Part shown: positions 27,714 through 41,180 of the stretch, in pieces
Layout: the number at the start of each line of letters is the position of its first letter
How positions within the stretch are numbered: the stretch's first letter is position 1
Source: the human T2T-CHM13v2.0 reference genome, Homo sapiens
DNA: 64,000 nucleotides
NCBI RefSeq assembly: GCF_009914755.1
Contig: NC_060934.1
Reading direction: 5' to 3' (one strand)
The notes under the pieces: generated by a model
Seen by the model: only the letters and a program-made list of their open reading frames with translations
What the model was told of the DNA's origin: nothing
The model's database searches: none
Program-made: the position numbers and the translations under genes

Positions 27714-29220
27714 ATAATAATTTTTGAGAAGCCAGAACCCTCAGTGCTAGACAGGTACTAATTGCTGAACTTGTATATAAAACTTAGAAAAGAATAAAGT
27801 AATGAGTCAAAGAAATAGGATTTGCTCATCTGGATTTATTTTATGACTTTAATGACCATTTTCTCCAATTTTTTTTTGAAAAGTTATTTATATACAAATG
27901 AGGAAGAACATTTCTTTCATATTACATTTTTATTCCTGAGTTATCCCTTTGAGATCTTGCTTATTAACAATTTTGTTGTGATCTTCCATCTTCATCGGGT
28001 CATGCCATCTACTTTATTTCTCTGACTTAAATGCTAACTGATGGCAAGGTCCAGGCAAAAAGCTTCAGACAAGTAGGGTAACTGGACATTTTTTGTTTCT
28101 TGGGCTTAACCAGCACCTGCCTTGCAGGCTGCCTTTGGAAATGGCAGGCTTAACAGCCTGGTGAGCAAACAGGAGAGTTGCTTTCACACTTGAGTTATGA
28201 TCTGTTTAAACTTTGAGTCAACTACCATTCAGGGCTCACATTTCTTGAACATGTGGGATAGGAGGAGTTTCAGAATAACAGACAATTGCCCAAGCCCAAA
28301 GGGGAGGTTTCCAGGTTTTTAAAGGAAGTACAAATTATGGATTGGTCTTTAAAAATGTTCGAGGAGAAGCCTCCCTTAGTGTAACCTACTGAAATAAATT
28401 TGAGGTGTAAGCAAGTAAAAATAAAAAATATTCTAAAAATGATCTATCATGTATCAAAATTTAGGCTGCTATTCTGAGACATAACTTTAAAAGCTTCCCC
28501 AGGTTGGCTACAAATATAACCCCAAACTGGTAAAGTTTTAGGGTTCTACTCTGCCATTTCATTATTTAGTACCTCCATATAAAAGCTATAAGACCTAAAC
28601 TGGTACTTCTGCCTTACTATTAATAGATAAACAAATGCTTCTGGAATGAAGCAAGTGACTAACTCAGATTAAAAGAATTCCTTATTCCTGGACTCACCTG
28701 TTGGCTTGGCCTGGCCCTTTTGACTTCTGGGAGTTATTTCCTTTATATATGGAACTTATGACCACCTACTTTGCTCTGCCTTCAGAATTTTTGCCTCTGA
28801 CCCCATCTTCCTATTTGAGTCCTTTTTTCTGGTCTGTGCTGACTATACCAGCCCTGATGGCTCTGTTCTTACTTGGAACACCTACATATTCATGCAACTA
28901 TGCCCAGGTCATTGAGCCTTCCATCTCTTTGGCACCAATACCCTTTACAGAATGGGTTTTTGAGACCTGTTACCCTCTGCTGACTGACATCCAGACTCTG
29001 GAGTGAGCAGCTATTTTTGTGAAGAGTTCCATGGATTTCTGGTGATGTGACAAGAGGTTAACTTACTTGCCTCTCTTCTCCTCCATGGGAAAACTGGGCA
29101 AATGATAAAGCAATCTGTTTCTCTTTTCTTTTATGCTTCAGAAAACGAAGGTAACAATTGGACATTTGCAATAGGCTAATGGCCCTGAAGTCCATCTACA
29201 GGTTTTGTAAGAAACAAAAC

Positions 29221-29275
29221 TTCAATGGTAGGATGTTCAAACTTAATCCTTTCAATGGAGGGATGCTCAAACTTA
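29221..29275. repeat. Tandem duplication, period 30 bp
   Basis: ttcaatggtaggatgttcaaactta (29221) and ttcaatggagggatgctcaaactta (29251). Confidence 0.85.
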
Positions 29276-32200
29276 GCTGTGGCTCCTGCTCTGATGAAAG
29301 CCTAGTTTCTTCATCTCCTACTCAAAATCCAACCACCTCACAATACTTACGTAACGAAGGATAGGAATGCTTCTTGCAGGTGTCCAAGCAAAGAAAAGAA
29401 AAAAATGCTTTCCCTCCTTCCCCAGCTTTATTGAGGTATAACTGACAAATAAGATTGTACCTATTTAAAGTGTACATTGTAGTAACATACGCATATACAT
29501 TGTGAAATAATTGCAACAATCAAGTTAATTAACACATCTCTCTCCTCATATAGTTATCTTTGTTTTTTTTTGGTGAGAATACTTAAGATCTAGCAAATTT
29601 CAAGTATAATATTATCTGCAGTCACCCATGCTATATGCTAGATCCTCAGAACTATTCATCTTATAATTGAAAGTTTGTACCCTTTCTCCTACGTCTCTCT
29701 CCATTTCCGTCACCCTTTGTACTTAGCAATCATCCTTCTATTTCATGCTGTTTTAAAGAGTTGGAGTTTTTTTTTTGTTGGTTTTTGATTCCACATACAA
29801 GTGATACTATATATTGTCCTTCTCTGGCTTCTGTCTCTAAGAATAATGTCCTTCGGGTTTATTTATGTTGTCAAAAATTACATATTTGCTTTTTATAAAA
29901 GTAATATTGCATTGGGGCATATGTGTATAAAATTTTTTTAATCCATTTGTCCACTGATGGAGACTAAGATTGTTTCAATAGCCTGGCTGCTGTGAATAAT
30001 GCTGCAATTAACATGGGACTGCAGATGTCCATTAGGGAAATTAACTTCATTTCCTTTGGCTTTATATGAAGAATACAGAGAAGTGAGATTGTTGGATTTA
30101 ATCGTAGTTCTTTTTCTTCCCCCCCTATTTTTTTAAGGAAACTTCATGCTGCTTTTCAGAATGGCTATACCAATTTACATACCCAACAGTAACACAAAGG
30201 TTCCCTTTTCTCTACATCCTTGCTAACATTTATCTGTCTTTTTGATAAAAGTCATCCACACAGATGTGAGACGTTATCTCATTATGGTTTTGATTTGTGT
30301 TTGAGTAGTAATGCTGAGCACCTTTTCATGTACTCATTGACCATTTGTATGTCTTTTTTTGGGCAATGTCTGTTAGGTCCTTTGCTCAGTTTCTAATCAG
30401 ATTATTTGTCTGTATTTGCTATGGAATTGTATGAGTATCTTACGTATTTTGGAAATTAACCCATTATTGGATATATAGAGTTTGCAAATATTCTCTCCCA
30501 TTCCATAGATTGCCTTTTCATTTTGTTGTTTCCTTTGCTATGCAGAAGCTTATTAGCTTGATAAAGTTCCACTTATTTTTACATTTGTTGTTCTTGTCTT
30601 TGGTGTCATAATAAGTTATAAAAGAAAATAATTGACAAGACTAATGCCAAAGAATTTTTCCCCTATGTTTTCTCCTTGGAATTTCACATTTTTTCAGTCT
30701 TACTTTTAAGTCTTTTATCAGTTTGGAGTAAATCTTTGGAAGTGCTGTAATATAGGAGTCCAGTTATATTTTTGGTATGTGGAAACCTAGTTTTCTCAAC
30801 ACCATTTATTTAAGAGACTATCCTACATTTTGCATTAGCTTCCTGTCAAAGACTAGCTGACTGTATACTTGTGGGTTTATTTCTGGGCTCTCTGTCCTGT
30901 CTCAATGCTCTTTGTGTCTGGTTTTATACCAGTACATACTTTTAAAGTTACTATAGCTTGGTAATATGGTTTGAAATCAATCAGTAAAAGATAACCAGCT
31001 TCCTTCTACTTTCTCATTACTGACTTGGCTACTCAGGGTCGTTTGTGGTTCTATACAAATTTTCAGATTTTTTTTTCCCTGTGAAAAATGCCATTGGGAT
31101 TTTCATAGGGATTGCATTGAATCTGTAGGTCCCTTGAGAAGCATGGACATTTTAGCAATATTAATTCTTCCAATTCCTGTGCATAGGCTGTTGTTCCATT
31201 TATTTCTGTATTCTTCAATTCCTTTCATCATCACTTTATAGTTTTTGGTGTAAAGATATTTCACCCCCTTGATTATGTTTATTTCTACATATTTTGTGGT
31301 TTTTCGTGCTGCTGTAAATGGGATTGCTTTCTCAATTTTACTTTCAGTAAGTTTGTTATTCTTGTATAGAAATAGAACTGATTTTTATGTTGATTTTATG
31401 GCCTATAACTTTACTGAATTAGTATTAACAGTTTTTTGTTGAGTCTTTAGGGTTTCCTACCTTTAAGATCATGTCATCTGTAAACAGAGACAATATTTCT
31501 TCCTTTCTAATTTGGATGGCTTTTCTTTTTCTTGGTTAATTTTCTAGGACTTACAAAACTATTTTGAATAGAAGTGGCAAAAGTGAGCATTCTGGTTTTG
31601 TTCCTCGTTCAGGAGGAAAAGCTTTTAGTCTTTTACTATTGATGATGGTATTAGCTGTGGGTATGTCATACATGGCCTTCATTGTCTTGAGGTCCATTTA
31701 TTTTAAGTCTAATTTAGTGTTTTTATCATGAAAGGATGTTCAATGTCACAATTCTTCTTCATCTACTAAGGTGACCATATGATTTTTATAAATCGTTTGG
31801 TAAATATGGTGTATCATTTTATTGCTTAGCATATGTTGAACAATTCTTGCATTCCAAAAATAAGTTTCACTTGATCATAGTATAAGAAACTTTTAATGTG
31901 CTGTTGAGTTCTGTTCTCCAGTATTTTATTGAGGACTTTGGTATACATGTTCATCAGGGATATTGGCTTATACTTTTCAGGTAGTATTCCTTGTTTGGCT
32001 TTGCATCAGAGTAATGCTGGCCTTGTAAAATAAGTTTGGAAGTATCCCTCTTGAATTTTCATAAGGGCTTGAGAGAAATTGATGTTAATTCTTCCTTAAA
32101 AGTTTGATAGAACTCAGCAGTGAAGTCATTAAGTCTTGGGCTTTTCTTTGTTGAGAGATTTATGATTATTGATTCAGTCGTACTTATTATTATTGGTCTG

Positions 32201-33417
32201 TTAAGATTTTCCATTCATTCATGATTCAGTCTCGGTAGGATGAATATTTCTAGGAATTTATCCGTGACTTCTAGGTTATTCAATTTGCTGGTGTAAAATT
32301 GTTCATAGTAGTCTTTTATGACCCTTTGTATTGTGATGCTATCAGTTGTAATATCTCCTTTCTCATATCCGATTTTGTGTCTTGTTTTTCTTGCTAAAGT
32401 TTAGTCAATTGTATTTTTAAAAAATGCCATTTCTTAATTCCATTTATCTTTCTATTTTTTTTTTTCTAGTCTCTATCTTATTTGTGCTCTGAATTTTGTT
32501 ATCTTCCTTCTCCTGGCTTTGTACTTATTTTTGTTCCTTGTGGTATAAAGTTAGGTTGTTTCTTGACTTTTTTTTTCTTAGTGTAACTATTTATTGCTAT
32601 GAATGTTTCTCCTAGAACTACTTTTGATGCATTCTGTAGATTAGAATGCTGTTTCCAATTTTGTTTGTCTGAAGGTATTTTTGATATCACTTTTGACTTA
32701 TTCTTTGATTCACTGATTTTTTCAGGAGTGTCTTGCTTAATTTCTACTTATCTGTGACAATTTCTATTTTCTTTCAGTTAACTGATTTCTAGTTTTATGC
32801 CACTGTGCCTGGAAAAGACACCAGATATGATTTCAGTCTTCTTAAATTTGCTAAGGTTTATTATGTGATGTAACATATAATCTTGGAGAATATTCTGTGT
32901 GCAAAATATTCTATTGCATTGCTGTTTATTTCTGCCTTCCAACCTGCTAATATTTGCTTAATATATTTAGTTGCTCCAATGCTGAATGTATATATTTATA
33001 ATATCCTTGTAATTAATTGACCCCTTTAGTATTATATAATGATCTTTTTTGCCTCTTGTTATAATTTGTGACAACGTTTATTCTGTCTGAAGTATATCTA
33101 TCTCTGCTACCTTTTGTTTTCCATTTGCATGAGGTTTCTTTTTCCATTCCTTCATATTCAGTATATGCTTTTCCTTATAGCTGAAGTAAGTTTCTTGAAG
33201 GCGATATATAGTTCAGAGTTTGGGTTTTTTGTTGTTTAGTTTAGTTTATCCATTTATCCACTCTGGTTTTTGATTGGAGAATTTAATCCATTTACATTCA
33301 AGGTACTTACTGATAGATACTATTACCATTTTGTTCATTGTTTACTCTGTTTTGTAGTTCCTTTCTTGCTGTCTTACTATCTTCCCTTGTTACTTGATGA
33401 TTTCCTTTAATGGTATG

Positions 33418-34382
33418 TGTCTTAGTCCATTTGTGTTGCTATCAAGGAATTCCCGAGGCTGGGTAATTTATAAAGAAAATAAATTTACTTTGTTCCTGGT
33501 TCTATAGGCTATACAAGAAGCATGGTGTCAACATCTGCTTCTGGTGAAGGATTCAGGCTGCTTCCCCTCATGGTGGGAGGTGAACGGGAGCTGGCATGTG
33601 AGATCACATAATGAAAGAGGAAGCAAGAGTTGGGGGAAGTGGCAGATTCTTTTTAACAATCAGCTCACTTTCTCTCATCTGCTGTGATCCGCTGAAAATG
33701 TGCTGGGGTTTGTTCTGCTGTCACTGTTTATGCTGCTGGAACTTAGCACTGTCTTGATTTGAAGCATATGATTGAGAGCCATTTGAAGCAATCTTCATTA
33801 ACGCAGATAAAACAAGTTTACATGTGCAGAGTTAGAAAATGACATGTTCAATTCTGTAAGTGGTGACTTTTTGAGCACCTTTCAGTATTATGTATTTGTA
33901 AAAACCATTGTTTTTGGATATAAAGCTAATAAGCACTTTAAAAAGGAAAAGGCAGCCTTTACTATTTTTTCTGGTTGAGTCATTGCTCTTCAGACCTAGC
34001 ATCAGCAATAGATCTCAAAGATTAAGCGCTACCATGAAGTGTGTAAATTTTTCGTTTTGCCATATTGAAAAATTATTTGCATAGTACTGCATGCTGAGAC
34101 ACAGCTTATATGTATTCACAAGAATATCTTGAAGTGTGTTTTTGACACATTAAAAGAAAGGAAATAAGGAAAAAAAATAAACAAAACAAAACAAAAAAAA
34201 CCAATCAGCTCTCACAGGAACTAATGGAGTGAGAATTTACTCATTGCCTTTAGGATGGCCCCATGCCGTTCTAAAAGAATCTGCCCCCATGACTTGCACA
34301 TCTCCTCTTAGGCCCAGCCTCTAACACGGGGGATCAGATTTCAACTTGAGATTTGGAGGGGACAGATATCCAAACTATATCA
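33418..34382 (-). mobile_element. MaLR LTR (MSTB-like), split by a retrocopy
   Basis: 'tgtcttagtccatttgtgttgctat...gaggctgggtaatttataaagaaaa' through 'gagatttggaggggacagatatccaaactatatca'; 5-bp TSD gtatg/gtata. Confidence 0.9.
33667..34199 (+). pseudogene. Processed (L1-mediated) retrocopy of an mRNA 3' end; parent gene not identified
   Basis: Non-repeat 3'UTR-like sequence; ATTAAA at 34149-34154; A-rich tail ~34170-34200; TSD caatcagctc at 33657-33666 and 34202-34211; T-run/A junction at the insertion site. Confidence 0.85.
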
Positions 34383-36779
34383 GTATATTTGGATTCCTTT
34401 ATCTTTAGTGTATCCATTACAGAGTTTGTGTGTGTTTATGATGAGACGTACATAAAACATCTTTTAGCTATAACAGCTTATGTAAAGCTGTTAAAAACTT
34501 AAATTCCAACACATACAAAAATTATATTTTTACCTTCCACCCACATTTTATATTTATGTCAAAATTCATATATTTTATATATTATGTATCCATTAACAAA
34601 TTATTGTACCTACAATTACTTTCAATATTTTTGTCTTTTAATCTTTATGTGAGTTAGGTGATTTACACACAACCATTATATAATATTCTGAAATTGACAC
34701 TACACTTACTTTTACCAGTGAGTTTTGGAATTTTATATATTTTCTTGTTAAATAACATTCTTTCATTTTAGCTTAATTTCCCTTTATTCCCTTTACTTTC
34801 AGCTTTCATTTGCCTTTAGTATTTCTTGTAAGTTAGGTCTAGTGGTGATCAACTTCCTCAGCTTTTGTCTGGAAATGTTGTTATCTCTCTTATTTCTGAA
34901 AGACAACTCTTCCAGATACACAGTTTTTGGATGATAGTTTTTCTTCCTGCTTTTTTCTTTTAGCACTTTATTCTCCCACTTTTTTCTAGCCTGCAAGGTT
35001 TCTGCTGAGAAATCCGCTGATACCATTATGGGAGTTTCCTCAGATGAGTTTCTCTTGCTGAGAAGCTTGTTTTCAAATGGTCTACAACTGAGACTCAGGA
35101 TGCCCGTAATTCTAAATTTTGTAAAACATGACGTGTAAAGATGACTAATCATAAGTCTCCCCTACCTGTGATCCACATGCTTTCTCCTTTTCTGATTTTT
35201 AACAAGATAATTCTAACTATCCCTTTTGTCTGTGTTTGGACTAAAGTTAGTAGATTAATGGTCTGGCAATTCCTGTTCATTAAAGTTATACCATGGGGAA
35301 AGGAATGATAAAGTACCTTCACTCCTTTTTATTATAACCTACCACCATGAGGCTCTGCCTACCAGATATAGGCACTCTCACTACCAAGACCAGGGGGTCA
35401 TCTTGGTAGGTTACTTTTCATCTTTCTTAATAGACACATGAGGAACATACTTAGGAGGTTCTCCTCTGCAAAAACAGAAACCTATGACATCAGAAAAGCC
35501 AGGAGACAGTCTGCTGGAAACATCCCAGTGCATCAGGACCAATGAAGTTAACAATTTTTTTTTTTCTGGACTAGAGATGAAGCACAGATGGAATGAGAAT
35601 GTATCTGGACTTCCCTTTTGTGTTGGCTTTTTGAGAACTCAACTGAGTCTAAGCAACCAGAACGTTCTGGTTGGTTTTGTTTTGTTTTAAAAGTCAACTA
35701 TATGCCATTATCTCAAATTAGCCACTCCCCAGAAGATATGGCGAAGTTTACATCCATTCCACAAAGTTGGTATTGGCCATGATGAAAGAATGCAGCTGCT
35801 TCTGTTAGTGGTAATGCTTTCAGGGAGATATGAGAGGCCTCTTTCAAAAATGATCACTTCTGTGTTGAAAGGTCCCTTCTATCTGCCTTGTTATATAGGT
35901 TTATGGAGCTATTTCCAATTCTGTGATTTTTGATAATTATCAAAGATGAAGTAAAGCCCTACATCTAAGACCCTACAGGACTCCAGTATCAGTGTAAGAA
36001 CAGGATAAAGCAATTGACAATTGTCTTTCACACTAAGTTAGCTGTCTAGACATCACTTATTTATGTGAGTCACAATCTATTTACTAAATTTTCCTGATGT
36101 ATTTCACTTACAGTGCTTGTAAAAAAAAAAAAAAAATGAATTCTGATTCCTTCTATTTTGGCGATTGGTTCTGTAAGTCTGCTGAGGAGTAGGGGTACTG
36201 CCACTCTTAACAAGCACCACAGACAGCTGATCTAGTTGTATGAGCATGTCCGAGTTTTTGCTGTCCTTTGTGCTGTCCGAGTTATGCACTAACAAAAACT
36301 AGGGCCCAAATTATGTGACTGGACAGCACACCTGGGACCTTTGATTCTTGGCCGAGTTCAAGTGCATTAAAAATGTTCTTCCTGATATAGAAACTCAATT
36401 TCCAGGAAAATTCCTGACATCAGAGGAAAGGGGCAGCTGAAGCCCTTGGTGGGCCCATTGTTCCACCAATAAGTGAAACAACCCAAAAACTTCTTGTTGG
36501 TCATAAAGATCACCAGTGAAACATGTTAAGTTTAAATTTGAAAGGTAGTATTTACATAAACACACACCAACTTTTTATTTTTTTCCAGCTTTCCAGCTCT
36601 AACAGGATCGGATCCACTTGTCCTCATAACTATGCTCACTTATGCAAAGAAATGGGTAAAGTTACTACCCCAACACTTGGAAAATAAAACCCTGCTGAGG
36701 GAATTTAGAGGTGTTGTATTCTCCATTTCTCAAAGAGAATAGACTTGATGTTACTGAAAACTTACCACAAATTAGGGAT

Positions 36780-37120
36780 TAAAATAGGGAGTTCATTGGG
36801 TAAATTATGATGTATTCATTCAATAAGATATGGTGATGCAAGCATCATGATAATACTTACAATTGGTAGTGGCATGGGAAAATAAGATATAATAGTAAGA
36901 GAACAAAATGCAGATCCACATATGTTGTATAATTCCAACAATCACATGTGTGCACATAATCATGCATGTGGAAACATGATCAAGATATAAGGTATTAAAA
37001 TAGTTTTTTTTTTTTTTTTTGCAATAGCTGGGTTACAAACAGCATTTATTATTTACATGTTTTCAAGGTCTCTTATTTTACTAAAATTTAATGCATCTCC
37101 ATTTTTTTCATAATACAAAA
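36780..37120 (+). mobile_element. Old L1 (L1ME-like) 3' fragment
   Basis: 'taggggagttcattgggtaaattatgatgtattcattcaataagatat...' resembles a diverged L1M 3' end. Confidence 0.45.
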
Positions 37121-38371
37121 TAACATGCTTTTCTAATCATGGTTCTAGGACTCAAACTATTGGTAATATTCAATGCCTCCAGAGATAATCAGGGAAGCTT
37201 TTAGAACCAATCCCAGAAGGACCCTTGAGAACATTCAGAAACACCTAATGCCATGCCCTGTTTCATTCATGAATCCAAAGAAAAATCCCAAAAGGCAGAG
37301 CAGGTAAAGGAGCTGAGACAATAACTTGACAACAACTTTTTTTTTTAAAGTGATGATATTTTTACAGTATTTGTCAATATGCGTAACAGTTTAGGAATGA
37401 AATTTATTGTTGAGTCCAGAGGCGAAACAGATAAAAGTTACTAGAGGGCATAGGAAGACGTTTCTAACAATCAGATCTCCCGAGGGCAGCTCCACAGGCA
37501 TGTCAGCATTCCAACTGAATCAAGAGGATGGTATTTGTCTAGGATGCTGGTGAGGGGAATGAATGCCTCCAACAGATAATGGCTCCATTAGAAAACATGT
37601 AAACTCCCTCCCCAGCTCTTGAACCCTAAGGTTTCAGAATTTAAAACTTGAGTTTTTATTTGGCCAAGCAGTCAAGACAGGCATGACTATCCACAACATA
37701 TAGATGAGAAATTTAAGGCTCAGAGAGATGAAGTGAATGCCCGAAGTGATACAACTGAAAAGTGGCAGAATCACTAATTTCCAAACCAATGCTCTGAGCT
37801 CTGGTACTCAATTAACACAACACATACATGAGGCTAGGATATCAGTAGTTCAGGGAGATAGACCCCTGAATGGCAGACAGAAAGTAAGGGCCACTTTCCT
37901 TCCATCTTTGGCTTTTGTGCTAGCCTACCCTCCCGCAAGGGGCATCTTCATGTTTCATCCAGTGCCATAGCTTGCCAGGAAAAAGGGTCACAGCTGCGGC
38001 CACAGTCCTATCCTAAGCTTTTTTCTGTGAGAAGCCCTTTGAGTTCCCTCAGGCGGCTCAAAGCGACTCACTCCATGTAGCGCTGGTAATTGTGTTGGCT
38101 GGGTCTGAGGCTGACACAGTGGGAACTGCTGGAACAGGAAGGGAAAGGCCATGTACTTCCACATGGGTGAAGCAACACCTGATTCCCTGAGTGAGGAAAT
38201 GAGTCTGCTGTATGAAAGCAGGAACCTTCTACCTCTGGTTTCAGGAAACCTCCTGTGCTCAGAGGTAAGTGGCTCCTGAGGAAATATGTGAAGCATTCCT
38301 GCCAAAGAAAACCCAGGAACACAGAGGACTAAGGAGGAAGGGCAGTCCTTTTTCACTTTGGTTTCTGCCAG

Positions 38372-38448
38372 TTTGGCCTTGCTGTAGTTGCTGTTGCTCT
38401 GCTACCCAGAGAAATCCGGGGAAAGAACAAAAGAGAAAAACAAGTCAG
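38372..38448 (+). other. Candidate 77-nt non-coding exon preceded by a 107-nt mini-intron
   Basis: Donor GAG|GTAAGT (intron starts 38265); ACTAA at 38328-38332; polypyrimidine tract with AG at 38370-38371; downstream donor CAG|GTAAGA (38449). Confidence 0.4.
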
Positions 38449-38599
38449 GTAAGATAAAACTGGAAGCATTAGATAGATTTTCCTTTACTTTGGAGATGGT
38501 CATAGTGTTAACATTTGTAATTAGCAGTGTACTCAGCATTCCAATTGTGATGATTGCTGATTTTACTCGAGTCAGGGTTTAAAAGAAATAAAAATTATG

Positions 38600-38990
38600 C
38601 TGATTAACATGTATTGAGCAACTACCATGTGACAGGCACTCTGCTAGAACACTTAAATGTGCTGATTTATGTCAGCCTCTTGAAAATCAAATGAAATGGC
38701 TATCATTTTTGTGCTTAAAGATAAGGAAGTATACACAAAGAATTTTCAGTAACTTGCCCAGGTAAGCATTTAGTAACTGGTAGGACTGAGAATCAAACTC
38801 AGGCAGTCTCAATCAGAGCCCATGCTACACTGGACGGCAGTATTACGCTTGCATCCCAGATGAGGAAACTAATGGTTCAGTGACTTATCTAAAAGGGCAT
38901 TAGTTTGCCCATTAGTTCATTTGCAAACTAATGAATCACAAATCAGAACTAAAACTAGTTACCTAGATCAGGTCTGAGATCTTTCTCCAG
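38600..38990 (-). mobile_element. MIR fragments
   Basis: 'aacatgtattgagcaactaccatgtgacaggcactctgctag...taaggaag...taacttgcccagg...caaactcaggcagtct' and 'cagatgaggaaact'. Confidence 0.7.
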
Positions 38991-41180
38991 TCACCAAGTG
39001 TCTCCTAGTACCTTACAAAACTCCTTGACTCAGAAATTTCCTGAACAAATTCTCTAGACAAGATTGACAAATTGAACCAAACATTCACTGGACATCTGGA
39101 GTGAGCTAAGCCCTTCCTGTGCCAGCCGCTCTCATAACTTCTGAATTCCTCGCAACCAAAGAAATGGGTATTTTCATCTCCATATTTATTAGTACCATAT
39201 TTGAGATTGTAGAATCGATCAACAGCAGAAAATGACGTCAGTATCCTTAATCCAGGCCTCTTTACCTCACATGTTTGCCTCCACAAATCAAGGGAGTTCT
39301 TGAAACAACACAGTGGTTAGAGCCATTTAAACCTCAATCTTTCTCACTGTGACCTTAATACAATGTTGTTAAAAATTTCTCTAAATGTCTTAGCCTTTAG
39401 TAATTAATTAAATGGAGCTCGTAAACTAGGTAAGCCCCACTCCACTGTAATGAGCCGCTTTACTCTCCCCTCATATAATTTTACTGATGTCTGCAATCAC
39501 TTTTTGCAAAAGCAATGTCCTTAAGGAAGCAAGTTGGCTTCTCTAAGGTTTAGCCCCCATGTGGTCTTCTCACAGAACAAGGGATCCAAACACACAACTC
39601 AGGTCAAATGTGGAGGCAAGCATTTCCAAAAGGAACAGAACGGATTATTTTTAATCAGGATGAGCCTTTGGCAGGGGAGTGTGGAGAGAGAGACAGCAAG
39701 TGAAAGACTTTATCACACAAGCAGTCAGTGTGTGTAGGAATGAACTCAGCCAGCTACTGGCACTTAATGAAACTCAGGGTTTTACACTGATGCTCTCAGT
39801 GAAGTACTGAAATCAGCAGCATGAGAATACTAGCATCAAGAAAGTGTAAAACAGTGGTCTGTTTTCAGAAGAAATGAAATTGAACTGGAACACAACTACT
39901 CACATTAGAATGGCAAGGGATTCACTGGACAGAGATCCTGAGCATACAGAGGTGCTAACTCTCGGAATAACTTCATTACATCCTGGAACAGAATAAAATA
40001 GACCTGAGACTGTTACTGTCCATTAGTGAAGGAAAGTCTTTGCCAAAAAGTCTTAAGACTTTTAGTAGTTTACTATTACTATTAATAGCAACACTTCAAT
40101 TCAATCAAAACTTTTGCTTTCTACAGAGTCTGTTAAGCTGCTTTCTTAATTAGGTTTTTCCATTAGCCACATTCACAATTTCCATTAGCAATGGAGCATT
40201 AAACGTCATTGCTGTGAACCATTGGTCAACTGTCAGTCACACATTCTAATTGCTCTTTCTATACCACTTCCCACATCTTCTCAGTCTCTCACATCAAGCC
40301 CCAACTCAAATCCTATTTCCTGAGATACTTGCATGCAGGATAAATTTGAAGAAAGCGGGATGCAAGAGAAGAAAATTAATGGAGGAGCATCCTTCATTAC
40401 TAATTTATTTATTCATTCCTAATTGAACAAACAAACCTTTTTTTAAAAGTCCTCAGGAATTTGTTGGTATACAGGACTGATAATTTAATGGACTGGACAG
40501 AAAACTTTGATTCCCTCAATTTTTTAACGTGAAAAAGAAAACCTTGTTATGGAACAAACACATAGTCTTTTATGACAACTGAGCCATATTAAGATATTTC
40601 AAGAAAGGGTGGGTATGCATCAGAAATGATTTTGGTAGTAACAGACTTGGTGGATAGAACTGGCTTAGCAATTTTATCCAGTAATTCAATTATTCATCAA
40701 TTCTCTTGACTTAACTCATATAAAGTTTATAGCAGCCATTGATTCACATACTTTTCTTGACCATCAGCATTAATAATGTACACCTCATTCAGGAAGCTTC
40801 AGAGAGATAGCCAGATGATACAAGGGTTCAGGAGTAGCAGCTCATCTCTGTGCTACCATGAGAAGATCATGAGTTTATTGTGGACCTCACCAACCTTGAG
40901 AATGGCTTTGCTCAAGAATATGCTGGCCCATGTATCTGATCAACACGTTCTCCTCCTCAGGGAAAGTTCATAGCACAAGTCCTTACTCCTGTACTTCTGC
41001 TCAGAATGACTTGTAGGGTTAAGCACGGGATTTGTTATTTGACATCCAGGGCAGACACTGTAGGGAACCCCAAGGTTATTCAGCACACAGGACTCAGTCA
41101 GGCAACAAGAGTTATTCATATCAGGGGCTTCTGTATGGTCATCATTGATTTAAAATCCTGCAGTAAGGCCAGAAGCCAGA

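Larger units (their letters stand above)
29411..35040 (-). mobile_element. Antisense L1 (L1MA8/9-like), ORF1 C-terminus through 3'UTR, interrupted by an MST LTR
   Basis: 3' end 'cccagctttattgaggtataactgacaaataa...'; ORF2 remnant 32499; ORF1 remnant 34799 'SADFSAETLQARKKW...ITTRPNLQEILK'. Confidence 0.9.

Noticed and set aside
40776-41170. Coding-looking stretch (e.g. DHEFIVDLTNLENGFAQEYAGP) considered as a pseudogene
   Set aside because: Short and bounded by stops; no poly(A), TSD or protein family that I can recognise.
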